Part shown: positions 15,233-24,461 of the stretch, one piece after another
Layout of the letters: the number at the start of each line of letters is the position of its first letter
Position numbering within the stretch: position 1 is the stretch's first letter
From: a virus
Taxonomy: Duplodnaviria; Caudoviricetes
Length of the DNA stretch: 26,729 bases
Direction: 5' to 3' (one strand)
IMG/VR virus record: IMGVR_UViG_3300037133_000102
Coordinates: 1-26,729 of that record
Notes under the pieces: generated by a model
What the model saw: the letters and a program-made list of their open reading frames with translations, nothing else
Databases searched by the model: none
What the model was told of the DNA's origin: nothing
Translations under genes and position numbers: made by a program

Positions 15233-17037
15233 GCGTCCTTGAAACACTCACCGACGATGAGCGTTACCTTTTTTCGATTCTCCAGGACCAAAGTGGTGTC
15301 GATCAGTCCGAATTCCTCTTCGTAGATCGTCAAAAACCGGACAACTGCTTCCGGGTCCGACCGTATCAGTGGGGTTGGTTCCGGTCCATGGATCCTCAAC
15401 AGGTTGAATTGAGCAGTCGTACCGTGGGCAAGTCTCTCGGTATCCAGCTTCGCGCTGTGGCACACGTGCTGATTAATTTCGGCGCTGACATGGGCATAAC
15501 CGCTCCTGAGCTGAACCACCTCGAACCAATCCTGCAAGCCATTGAAGACAGGCTTCTTTCTTGTCGGCTGACAAGAGAGATGCTGCCCAAGGGGCGTTTC
15601 TCGGCTACTGGTGGTGGAACCCGTTCGATCAGTCACCATCCCTTCATGCTCTCGACGGTGCTCAACACTCGTATTCTCGGCCGGCTGCCCCAGAGGGATG
15701 GTCACGGCGTAAAAGGGCTGCACGTCAAGTGGCTGGAGCTGGACGAAGCGCAGGACTACCCCGACAGAGGCTATCGAGAACTGATTGAAACGTGTACCGG
15801 TGAGGGGACCATCTGGCGTACGCATGGCGTGTCCAGTGGTGTGGGTGGGTGGTTCTACGACATATCCAAGCAGGCCGTTGATACACCTCCTCTACGTGAG
15901 ACGCCCAAGAAGAGTGATGCTGACTGGACGATTCACCGACTTGTTGCGCAGTGCCGACCTGACTGGACGGACATGGAACGTCAGGGAAAGATTGACAAGT
16001 ACGGATCTCGGGATGATCCTGACTATGGACGTAACGTCTTGGGGCTACCGGGGCCCGCAGAGAACATTATCTTTGTTCTTCGTCGACTTGTCAAGTGCAC
16101 CGACGACGTCCCGGATAGTCCCTATAACCAGGACGAATACGCTCACATTACGATACGCGATGCTGACATGCAACGAGAGGGTGTCTCCATCCTCGACTTT
16201 ATTCAGCTGCCGGTATCTCACCAGGTTTACGGGAACATTTACATCGGTATGGACGTCGGCTATGTCAACGACCCTTCCGAGATTTTGGTCTTTACCGACT
16301 ACCTGCCGAGTGTTGCTGAGCTGAGGAAGTGTCGGGAGGATCACAAGGCTGTTCCCAAGCACTCGGATGGTGATGAGGCGGGGAAGCGCCGGTTCAAGTT
16401 GTTGACAAGGATCTCTCTCGTTCGTATTCCGTCGCCAGACCAGATGGAGGTCATGCTCTACCTCATCGACTTCTACAAACCCGTGGCCTTTGCCATGGAC
16501 AAGACGGGCAACGGGTTGCCGTTGTACCAGGATGTTACCCGGGAGCTGGAGAACAAAGTCAACCAGACCCGGTCGGCACAGGCTCGTTATGCCCTCAGCA
16601 TCATGAAGGGCTATAATTTCTCCGAAAACGTGCTGGTGGAGATAGACCCCGCTCAAGAACTTGCGCCAGGGTTGACCATAGACGAAAAAGCCGACGAGGC
16701 TGGTATCTTCCGGAAGGTCATCGAGGTGTCTACGGATGCCCTGCGAGACCTAGTCGACAACGAACGTATGTGGTTGCCGTGGGACCGAGAGCTCATAGGG
16801 CAGTTCAACGGGCAGACCTTCCACTACTCAAAGGTCACTACTGACGCCTATGGCCGGCGCCGGCTGTTTAGTCAGGGTGACTTCCACTGTCTGGATGCAG
16901 CCCGGATGGCTGCCCTGGCTCACAAGCAGCGCCAGATTGAAGAGCTGTTGGCTACCCGTGAGGCGCCACGTAAGCCCGTCTTGGACGTTTTCCGAGTGAT
17001 GCCTTCTATGAGTTCCCGTCAGGGTGCAGGTTGGTGA
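15229..17037 (+). CDS. terL: Terminase large subunit
   Basis: Q-motif VRPYQ, Walker A SSRTVGKS, Walker B LELDEAQD, RNase H-like YIGMDVG, MDKTGNG, HCLDA. Confidence 0.9.
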   Translation: MSVLETLTDDERYLFSILQDQSGVDQSEFLFVDRQKPDNCFRVRPYQWGWFRSMDPQQVELSSRTVGKSLGIQLRAVAHVLINFGADMGITAPELNHLEPILQAIEDRLLSCRLTREMLPKGRFSATGGGTRSISHHPFMLSTVLNTRILGRLPQRDGHGVKGLHVKWLELDEAQDYPDRGYRELIETCTGEGTIWRTHGVSSGVGGWFYDISKQAVDTPPLRETPKKSDADWTIHRLVAQCRPDWTDMERQGKIDKYGSRDDPDYGRNVLGLPGPAENIIFVLRRLVKCTDDVPDSPYNQDEYAHITIRDADMQREGVSILDFIQLPVSHQVYGNIYIGMDVGYVNDPSEILVFTDYLPSVAELRKCREDHKAVPKHSDGDEAGKRRFKLLTRISLVRIPSPDQMEVMLYLIDFYKPVAFAMDKTGNGLPLYQDVTRELENKVNQTRSAQARYALSIMKGYNFSENVLVEIDPAQELAPGLTIDEKADEAGIFRKVIEVSTDALRDLVDNERMWLPWDRELIGQFNGQTFHYSKVTTDAYGRRRLFSQGDFHCLDAARMAALAHKQRQIEELLATREAPRKPVLDVFRVMPSMSSRQGAGW

Positions 17038-17038
17038 C

Positions 17039-17066
17039 CAAGTAACAACCCGTCGCAAGCCGATAG
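17039..17066 (+). promoter_or_regulatory. Putative sigma28/WhiG-like promoter
   Basis: CAAGT-N15-GCCGATAG, 7 nt before GTG 17074; no SD. Confidence 0.55.
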
Positions 17067-17073
17067 AACTCTT

Positions 17074-17421
17074 GTGACCCCCGACGAACCTCTTTTTGCT
17101 GCTCTTTCCGGTCTTGATCCTCAACCATCCCGCGATTGGCTGGATGCAATGAAGGACGAGATTATGGGATATGCCACAGAATTGAAAGACCTGAATACAA
17201 TGCCGTCCGATGAGGCCATGCAGTGGATATCTGCCATATCCGCCCGTGTGCACGAGATGATCATGGAAACCCTCAGGTCAGACGGCCGTCAGGCGACGAA
17301 GTGGCGTATTGATGGGTTGCTTACAACTCGTGACGAGTTGCGTTTTCAGTTCGAAGTTAGCAGCCGGCGTGTGACTTTGATGAAAATAGAGGCGGACCAA
17401 CTAAGAGGCGAGGCATACTGA
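17074..17421 (+). CDS. Hypothetical helical protein between TerL and portal
   Basis: 115 aa; TGATG-coupled to the portal. Confidence 0.65.
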   Translation: MTPDEPLFAALSGLDPQPSRDWLDAMKDEIMGYATELKDLNTMPSDEAMQWISAISARVHEMIMETLRSDGRQATKWRIDGLLTTRDELRFQFEVSSRRVTLMKIEADQLRGEAY

Positions 17422-19439
17422 TGGCAAAGAACCAGGCTCTCATCAATGACCCAGTTACCATTCGTCCGGTTGGTCCCGTACCTCCGATGACGGCTTCCAG
17501 CAAGCTTGGCCGGGCCATTCCCACTCGTCCTCGGACTCGCAGAGCGCCCAGGATCAAGAAGGACGCCCAGCTGACAGCCAGTTCTAACTCCGAAGACGTG
17601 GAGATTTGGCAGTCTTCTGATGGACGGATGGGGGCGGCAGTTATCAACCGGTCTGGTATCCCTACTCGCCAAGTGTTGGGCGGACAGTTTGAAGATCCAT
17701 CGGTTAAACCCCTGATGGACGCCATGGTGACGTGGACGCACAACGTGCAAGGTGGACGGGGTGGTAGGGGTCGGCAGGGCAACTTGTACGAACGAGATCT
17801 GTTTGTCGTAGAGGACTCGTTCTTTGAACAGGTGGCGGCGGCGTACAACGCTGCTGACGATGATGTGGTGGGCGCATATCTGTCGTCCTCCGAGGCACTG
17901 GCTTTCGGTAATATCAAGATCGAATGTGACGATGAGGACGAAGAGAACATCTGGGAACAAATCACCGACAAGATCGACCTTTCTTCTCGTATGCGTGAGA
18001 TCTGGCATGAGCTGGCTATAACGGGTCAGGCTTATATTGCTTCTTGGTATGGGACGCAGTCTTTCAAGGTGCAGGGCAAGAATACCGGGACTGGTGTCAA
18101 GCGCAAGAAACCTTTCAACAACCTGACGGTTCCACTGGGACTTACTGTTCTGGACCCATTCAAGGTGATTGCGACTGGGAACTTCTTGTTTAATCAGGAA
18201 ACTCTAGTGTATATTGCGGATCCGACAGAGAAGGACGTCATCGACTCCTGGTTGCTGGGTGATAATGCTTCTGGCGCTGACCCCATCATTCAGCGTCTGA
18301 TCGTGGCCAAGTACGAACCTGACTATCGTGACCGTAAAGAGCTGGTCAACATTGGTGGAGGTGGCTACAGCGTTGACCCCAACCGTCTGTACGTTTTGAA
18401 TCCGAAGTACGTTTGGCGCCACACACTGACCCGGCCGGCTTATTCTCGGTTCGCTCCTGTTCCGATGCGTCGCATCTTTGAGCTGCTTGACCTGAAACGG
18501 CAGCTCAAGGCCGCTGACAGAGCAGCCCTTATTGGGGTGGCGCAGTTTATTATCTTGATCACCAAGGGTACCGACAAGCATCCGGCGGACCAGTACGAGA
18601 TCGATTTCTTGCAAACTCAGGCTTCCACCATGGGAGGTTCTCCTGTGTTGATCGGTGATCACCGGCTGCACGTAGAAATTATCACTCCTAAGACTGAGCA
18701 TATCATTGACGAGGGTCGCTACGGAGTGCTGAACCTGGCCATCCAGGGTTCTCTCTATGGGATGTTCATGACGACCCACGCCGGCAGAGACGATAGCTTG
18801 AAGCTTGCCCGGGTGGTTGCTCGTGGATTGGAGTCTCGTCGGGACATGCAACGTATGTCGCTTATGGACAACGTGTTCACGCCAATCTACGAGTTGAATG
18901 ATTCTTTGACGGCGCTGCCAAGGATGGCTTTTCACCCCAAGAGAATTGCTCTGGACTTTGACCCGTCGCTGGCCACATACCTGCTTGACCTGCGTGACCG
19001 TGGCGATTTGTCTCGTAAGTCGACCCTGGCGGAAGTGGATTACGATGAAGCTGACGAGGCTAAACTTCGCCAGATGGAGATTGCCAAGTACGACAAGTTC
19101 TTCCAGCCTCCGGTAGCTACGCTAGCTCCTGCTAACAGCACAGCTCCCAAGCCTGGAGGTCCGGCGCCTGGGTCTCCAAGTGATCCTAAAGTCGCTGGTA
19201 GGAGTCAAGGAGGCAATCATGACCATGGAGGCAACGGGGGCAAAGCCCGTGGTGCTGGTCAAGCGCCGATCAGCGGGACGCCCAAAGATGCCCACGGTGG
19301 GACCTCTACTCCTCCCGGCTCGTCCGCCGTAAAGGGGATAAGGTCTCGCCCTAGGCTGGAGAAACATGGTCAAACGTCCGAGCTTGAGGATTCTGAATCG
19401 GCCGAGCTGGAGGATTCTGAACCAGCTAACGACGACTGA
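17421..19439 (+). CDS. Portal protein
   Basis: Position after TerL, size, ELAITGQAY and LTVLDP motifs, helical core; low-complexity termini. Confidence 0.75.
   Translation: MAKNQALINDPVTIRPVGPVPPMTASSKLGRAIPTRPRTRRAPRIKKDAQLTASSNSEDVEIWQSSDGRMGAAVINRSGIPTRQVLGGQFEDPSVKPLMDAMVTWTHNVQGGRGGRGRQGNLYERDLFVVEDSFFEQVAAAYNAADDDVVGAYLSSSEALAFGNIKIECDDEDEENIWEQITDKIDLSSRMREIWHELAITGQAYIASWYGTQSFKVQGKNTGTGVKRKKPFNNLTVPLGLTVLDPFKVIATGNFLFNQETLVYIADPTEKDVIDSWLLGDNASGADPIIQRLIVAKYEPDYRDRKELVNIGGGGYSVDPNRLYVLNPKYVWRHTLTRPAYSRFAPVPMRRIFELLDLKRQLKAADRAALIGVAQFIILITKGTDKHPADQYEIDFLQTQASTMGGSPVLIGDHRLHVEIITPKTEHIIDEGRYGVLNLAIQGSLYGMFMTTHAGRDDSLKLARVVARGLESRRDMQRMSLMDNVFTPIYELNDSLTALPRMAFHPKRIALDFDPSLATYLLDLRDRGDLSRKSTLAEVDYDEADEAKLRQMEIAKYDKFFQPPVATLAPANSTAPKPGGPAPGSPSDPKVAGRSQGGNHDHGGNGGKARGAGQAPISGTPKDAHGGTSTPPGSSAVKGIRSRPRLEKHGQTSELEDSESAELEDSEPANDD
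19378..19421 (+). repeat. 24-nt-period tandem repeat in the portal tail (SELEDSE/AELEDSE)
   Basis: CCGAGCT(T/G)GAGGATTCTGAA at 19378 and 19402. Confidence 0.8.
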
Positions 19440-19747
19440 TGATCTTTGTCCTACCACTGGTTGTCTTCGGGGCGATGGCGTTTCAGGACGTCTTCAGCAC
19501 GGCGAAGATAGAGTTGCTTGAGCAGCGTCATCCCTGGTTGGCAGGCATGGCGGATGGTTTCGCCGATGTTGGAGGTGCTCTCTCGGTTGGTATTGGTGGG
19601 GCGTCCATTTTGCGTTACGGCTTTAGTCCAGAGACTCTTTTGATCATGCTGGCTTTATGGTCGGCGTCTGTGGTCGGGGCCCGGATTGGTTACTGGTTGA
19701 CCAATCGCAACCGTATTGACACAGAGCCTCCAATTACGCTAATCTAA
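19439..19747 (+). CDS. Small membrane protein (2-3 TM)
   Basis: Hydrophobic segments; TGATG coupling to the portal. Confidence 0.65.
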   Translation: MIFVLPLVVFGAMAFQDVFSTAKIELLEQRHPWLAGMADGFADVGGALSVGIGGASILRYGFSPETLLIMLALWSASVVGARIGYWLTNRNRIDTEPPITLI

Positions 19748-19798
19748 ATGGTATGCCCTGCGTAGAGGAACTTTTACGAGACAACGTCGAATGGGCAG

Positions 19799-21544
19799 AT
19801 GACTATGAGTAACATGTTGCCCATGGACCAAGACATCTTCGTGAAACGCACCGATCCCGTCTACATGGCTCATGCCTATCTCACCAAAGTCCCCCTTGCT
19901 GCGATCGAGCCGTTCATCACGCGCTTCACCGAACCTGGCGCAACCGTTGTGGACCCCTTCGCCGGCTCTGGCATGACCGGCGTCGCCGCCGCGATCCTTG
20001 GACGCTCCGCACGTCTGTTCGATATCAGTGTCCTCGGTCAGCACATCGGCCGCAACTACCTCAATGTCGTCGATCCCGACAACCTCACCAAGGCTGCTTC
20101 CAGAGCCGTCCACGAAGCCACCCAGCTTGTCGGGGACCTCTATTCAATAAGCTGCTCCCGTTGCGCCTCTCAGGCCGCCACACTCACCAAGACCACTTGG
20201 AGCGTGGTACTGCGCTGCCCTCAATGTGAAACGCCCGTCAACTACTACCGCGCCCTCCAAGCCGCTGCCTGGGACAAGTCCCGTACTCTCTGTTCGACTT
20301 GCCACTCGAATCTCAGCACAAAAGCGCCCCGAGTCGCGGAGGAACCCGTTCTCGACTCGATCACTTGTCCCTGCTCATCTGTTCAGATCGACCAACCCCC
20401 CGACCTGAATTGCCCCGAAGCCCCGGCACTGGATATCAGCCCCCCCTCCGTAGACATCCCTGCCGATCGTCAGATGTACCAGGCCTCAGCCTTGGGCAAG
20501 CATGGCCTCACCACCGTCGCTTCTTTTTACAGTCCTCGAAATATCGCTGTCCTAACCGCCCTCCGCCACGTAATCGGCGCCATCGATGACGAGCCGCTCC
20601 GTAACAAGCTGACCTTCGTCTTCACTTCCATCCTCACACGCGCATCGAAACGATACCAGTGGTCACACAAGCGTCCCCTCAATGCAGCCAACGCGAACTA
20701 TTACGTCGCTCCTGTCTTCTACGAGTGGAACGTGTTCGATCTATTCCTTCGCAAAGTTGATGCCGCTATCAGCTCTGACCAGTGGCTTCTTGATCGCCAC
20801 CTCACGGAGACCGGCACGCCGACCTTAGCCCCTGATGTCACATACAGTCTTGCTAGCGCCGATCGTCTTCCTCTCCCTGATAACAGCGTCGACTACGTAT
20901 TTACCGACCCTCCCTTTGGCTCCAACCTCTTCTACGCCGACATGGCACTGTTCCAGGAGGCCTGGCTGGGCCGCTTTACCGACCACACACTCGAAGCGGT
21001 CATCGACCGTGGCAATCGAAAGAAACGGGACGGCGACCGATACGAGCGCTTACTGACGGCTGCGCTGAACGAGTGCCGACGCGTCCTTCGCCCTGGTGGC
21101 TACATAACTATGGTCTTTGGTAACTCGTCGGGGCACGTGTGGCATCTGGTGCAACGTGCCGTCAGCGCCGCTGGCCTCACAATTGACCCCGACTCCATCG
21201 TCATCCTTAACAAGGGCCAACGCTCCGTCAAAGGTTTGGCCTCGGGCTTCGAAAATGTGGTCACTACGGACCTCATTCTCTCTATGCGACCAGCCCAACC
21301 GGCTGACCCCTCAGCTGTGCACATCCCCGCGTCCACTGAAGTCGATTCCGTCATCGCGACCCTCCTACAAACCCACCGTGCTGATACTCCCAGTCATCTC
21401 TACCTCGAACTCCTCCGACGTGGTATTGCCTCCGGCTGGGATTTGTCCGCTCTCGACCTCCGGCTAATCACAACCGCCGTCCGGGAACACGGTTGGGCTG
21501 TCAATCCCGCAACGGGTCACCTTGAGCGCAACCGTCCCTACTAG
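19799..21544 (+). CDS. Amino (N6-A/N4-C) DNA methyltransferase with zinc-ribbon insertion
   Basis: SAM motif VVDPFAGSG near the N-terminus, catalytic YVFTDPPF later, RRVLRPGG; CSRC, CPQC, CSTC, CPC between them. Confidence 0.88.
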   Translation: MTMSNMLPMDQDIFVKRTDPVYMAHAYLTKVPLAAIEPFITRFTEPGATVVDPFAGSGMTGVAAAILGRSARLFDISVLGQHIGRNYLNVVDPDNLTKAASRAVHEATQLVGDLYSISCSRCASQAATLTKTTWSVVLRCPQCETPVNYYRALQAAAWDKSRTLCSTCHSNLSTKAPRVAEEPVLDSITCPCSSVQIDQPPDLNCPEAPALDISPPSVDIPADRQMYQASALGKHGLTTVASFYSPRNIAVLTALRHVIGAIDDEPLRNKLTFVFTSILTRASKRYQWSHKRPLNAANANYYVAPVFYEWNVFDLFLRKVDAAISSDQWLLDRHLTETGTPTLAPDVTYSLASADRLPLPDNSVDYVFTDPPFGSNLFYADMALFQEAWLGRFTDHTLEAVIDRGNRKKRDGDRYERLLTAALNECRRVLRPGGYITMVFGNSSGHVWHLVQRAVSAAGLTIDPDSIVILNKGQRSVKGLASGFENVVTTDLILSMRPAQPADPSAVHIPASTEVDSVIATLLQTHRADTPSHLYLELLRRGIASGWDLSALDLRLITTAVREHGWAVNPATGHLERNRPY

Positions 21545-21763
21545 AAGCCACCGGTCCTCTGCGGAACCTGCTCAGGCCCCGTCTTGTACCGTCTACCCCG
21601 TGGGCGCTGACCAAGGCCATCCGTGGCCTGGTAGTCACCTGCCCGCTTAGGAACCCGAGGCTTGCCAAGTATCTCCCAACGAGGTTCATACCTGCCCCGT
21701 GCCGTTGCTCCTGTTAGCCGAGTTCACTCTCGGGGCCCCACGAGGCGTCACTCTGGTTTTTAG

Positions 21764-21791
21764 CAAGTTAGGTAGTCTGGTTGGTCGAACA
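21764..21791 (+). promoter_or_regulatory. Putative sigma28/WhiG-like promoter of the head operon
   Basis: CAAGT-N15-GTCGAACA, 5-8 nt before TTG 21797/ATG 21800; no SD. Confidence 0.55.
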
Positions 21792-21796
21792 CATTA

Positions 21797-22585
21797 TTGA
21801 TGACCAATATCGTCCTTGAAGGTAAACGCGGCATCGTTGTCGCCTCTCAGGCCCGGGTTGTGGAAGAGGGCCGAGAACTCGCGTGGGCTGAGCCGTTTGT
21901 ACGGCGGGCACCCGACGTCAAATGGTTGATCGGGAATTACGTCCAAGCATCCACAGAAACGGCATCTCGACCAAACAGCAATGGTCATATTTTTCCGCTT
22001 GCTGATCTGCGGGACGCTGTTCAAGATATCCCCAATCGCCCGCTTAACTACCTCCACATCCCTAACCGCCGCATCGGTTGTTTCACTGCGGCTGAGTTTG
22101 TGTGGCCCATGGGGGAACCCTCGGCAGAGGCTGCCGGCGTAGAAGAGCCGCCCATTATTGAGGTGCTAGCTGCGTTCTGGAGTTACTACGACGAGGGGCT
22201 CTGGCCTTCCATCGAGATGGCCCACAGAGACGGACGTCTATGGTTCTCCATGGAAGCTGTACCTGAGAGCTTGACATGTATGGCGGAGAGCTGTGGGAAG
22301 TCCTTTACCTATGATGGTCCTGGCAGCTTGACCTACTGTGCTCACTTGCAGAGACCACGTTCGCAAAAGACACTTCACAAGCCTCGTTTCACTGGTGGCG
22401 CCTTGATTGTTCCGCCAGTTCGTCCTGGTTGGGTTAACGCCAACATCAAGGAAGTGACTCAGTTGCTTGAACAGGACCTTCAACTGACCGATAGGTTATA
22501 TAAGGAAGTAGCGGCAGAGTCGCCGCAGCTCGAAACGACTGAGATCGAAAATATCGTAACGATTTTACTTCACGCAGGAGGATGA
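21797..22585 (+). CDS. Prohead (capsid maturation) serine protease with Cys/His insertion
   Basis: NSNG..F, PLNYLH (His), LWFSME (Ser), C....C...CAH, FTGGAL...PGW; lies between portal and scaffold. Confidence 0.7.
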   Translation: MMTNIVLEGKRGIVVASQARVVEEGRELAWAEPFVRRAPDVKWLIGNYVQASTETASRPNSNGHIFPLADLRDAVQDIPNRPLNYLHIPNRRIGCFTAAEFVWPMGEPSAEAAGVEEPPIIEVLAAFWSYYDEGLWPSIEMAHRDGRLWFSMEAVPESLTCMAESCGKSFTYDGPGSLTYCAHLQRPRSQKTLHKPRFTGGALIVPPVRPGWVNANIKEVTQLLEQDLQLTDRLYKEVAAESPQLETTEIENIVTILLHAGG

Positions 22586-22586
22586 C

Positions 22587-23702
22587 ATGCCCTTGACTAA
22601 GCCAGAGTGGGAAAAAGCCATGGACATGGTTCAGGCTGCCCTCATTACGGAAATTCCCGCTGACGGTGGCTGGCAGGTGAAGCCCCCTCTGCACTACACG
22701 AAGAACACCAACTCCGAGGAAATGCCCAACAACCATCCGGCCAATGCCGACACCAGCCATGACGGTGACGAACCCGGTGGGGGTACTGCCGGGGGTGGAC
22801 TGACGGAAGAGATCCCTGCTGACGGTGGTTTCCAGGTGAGGGGTCCTCTGACATACACGGAGAACAAGGTATCGCAGGAAATGCCTGACGCCCATCCGGC
22901 CAAGGCGTCGATTGCTCAGCGAGCTGCTGCCATCTCTAAGGCTGCCGTCGATTTTGGTGTCGATACAGCTACAGCATGGCAGGGTGTGAAGACAAGCGGA
23001 ACCGGCAACAAGGGTAAGCCTGACATTTCCGGTGACACGGCAAAAGGCTGGTCCAAGGGTAAGCCTCTACCGAGATCAAAGGCTCTCGGGAAGAGTACCG
23101 CCGCGGCCGTTCCCGCTAAGAGCAGTGTCTCGTTGGAGCCAGGTGACCCCAAGGGTCTCGCTCATTCCAACCCTACGCCACGTTCTAGCATGGCGAGCGC
23201 TTCGGATCCCACTACGGTGGGTCCTTGGGATTCTCCCCAGCTGCCTGATGGGTCATTCTCCCTTGCTCAGCCGGGTGATGTTGCTGCCGCTGTAGGCAAG
23301 GTTCAGACAGCCGAGACGACTCTGCCCGCTAGGGCGGGGCACGTACATTTTCAGGAAGTCAAGAACCACATCGCCAAGCGTGCCAACGTTTTGGGTGTGA
23401 GTCATCTTGTGCCCCCAGACTGGCAGCTTTCCATGGCTATGGCAGCTTCGCTGGAAATAGCTCGCAAGTTTACAGACGAAGAGCGACAGGCTTTGGCCAA
23501 GGATGGCAAGGCCATGCCAGGTGGGGGATACCCCATTAAAGATCTGGAAGATCTTGATAATGCAATACAGGCTTACGGTCGTGAACCTGAAGGTAAACGG
23601 GGTGCTCTTAAGTCTCATCTTGCTCGTCAAGCACGTGCACTGAAGGCCGGTAAGAGTGTTTTGGCACGTATTGCCGCTCTCGCTAGTATCGATTCTAAGT
23701 AA
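22587..23702 (+). CDS. Head-associated protein with N-terminal duplicated repeat and two DUF6582-like modules
   Basis: EIPADGGxQVxxPLxYTxNxxSxEMPxxHPA twice; LPDGSFSL...KNHIAKRANVLG and MPGGGYPI...LDNAIQAYGR...KSHLARQARAL. Confidence 0.65.
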   Translation: MPLTKPEWEKAMDMVQAALITEIPADGGWQVKPPLHYTKNTNSEEMPNNHPANADTSHDGDEPGGGTAGGGLTEEIPADGGFQVRGPLTYTENKVSQEMPDAHPAKASIAQRAAAISKAAVDFGVDTATAWQGVKTSGTGNKGKPDISGDTAKGWSKGKPLPRSKALGKSTAAAVPAKSSVSLEPGDPKGLAHSNPTPRSSMASASDPTTVGPWDSPQLPDGSFSLAQPGDVAAAVGKVQTAETTLPARAGHVHFQEVKNHIAKRANVLGVSHLVPPDWQLSMAMAASLEIARKFTDEERQALAKDGKAMPGGGYPIKDLEDLDNAIQAYGREPEGKRGALKSHLARQARALKAGKSVLARIAALASIDSK

Positions 23703-23714
23703 GGGGATTGACCG

Positions 23715-24452
23715 ATGCCGAAGGATAAGTTAGTGAACAATGCAAAGGCGATCCATGACGTGCTGATGGCGAATATGCCTGATGACGCTGTACATGACGC
23801 TAAGACTTGCGTTGTCTGTTCCGTAGAGCCCGAAGGAGGGAAAGTGCCGGACGGTAAAACTTACACCGCCGAAGAGATGCAGGCAGCTCTGGATGTGGCG
23901 ACCACGCCCCTCCTACAGGAGCTGGCCCGTTTCCAATCGGCTGAAAGTACCGCTGCTATTGATGATGCGGTAGGAGCCGTGAGGGCAGAACTCGAAGTTC
24001 GCATTGACGAACTTCAGGCTGAACTCGATCTCACTGTCTTGGGTAAGCAAGCTGCAATTGATGAGTTTGCTAACTTCAAGGCGGACAAGGAAGCCAAGGA
24101 GAAGGAAGACGAGGACGCCAAGGGATGGGATGCTAAGAAAGCAGCTCGTACAAAGGACGCCATCGAAATCGCTTCTTTCCCTGAGGACTACGTCGCAGCG
24201 AATGCTGACCGCTGGACCGCTCTGACTGACGAGGTTTGGGAAGAGCGCAAAGCCGAGTGGGCTGCAATCGCCCCTATTTCAGGATCGGCCGATCGTCTCG
24301 GCGCCTCGATCCCCAAGACGACCGCTCTTGGTTCTCTGACAGCGGCTCGTGAGACGGGACAGACCCGTACCAACACAACCACCAAGCATCGGGCCCTTAT
24401 GCACGACGTCATGTCGGGCATGCAGCAGGGCTTCGATCCCCGGTCTATCTGA
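23715..24452 (+). CDS. Scaffolding protein
   Basis: Acidic Ala-rich coiled coil with a KTYTAEEM motif, upstream of the capsid genes. Confidence 0.65.
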   Translation: MPKDKLVNNAKAIHDVLMANMPDDAVHDAKTCVVCSVEPEGGKVPDGKTYTAEEMQAALDVATTPLLQELARFQSAESTAAIDDAVGAVRAELEVRIDELQAELDLTVLGKQAAIDEFANFKADKEAKEKEDEDAKGWDAKKAARTKDAIEIASFPEDYVAANADRWTALTDEVWEERKAEWAAIAPISGSADRLGASIPKTTALGSLTAARETGQTRTNTTTKHRALMHDVMSGMQQGFDPRSI

Positions 24453-24461
24453 GGAGGGTAG

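Noticed and set aside
15229-17037. Intein or intron in TerL
   Set aside because: Normal length, continuous motifs, no C...HN splice signatures.
11901-18935. Long antisense ORFs (e.g. 11901-12593, 15184-15825, 17346-18008, 18204-18935)
   Set aside because: They are shadows of well-supported + strand genes in GC-rich DNA and carry no motifs.
19766-19793. Fifth sigma28-like promoter before the methyltransferase
   Set aside because: The -10-like GTCGAATG is well placed, but the N15 upstream pentamer is AGGAA, not nnAGT.
21541-21723. Minus-strand gene converging on the methyltransferase
   Set aside because: Short open frames exist but lack a convincing start/RBS or a recognisable motif.
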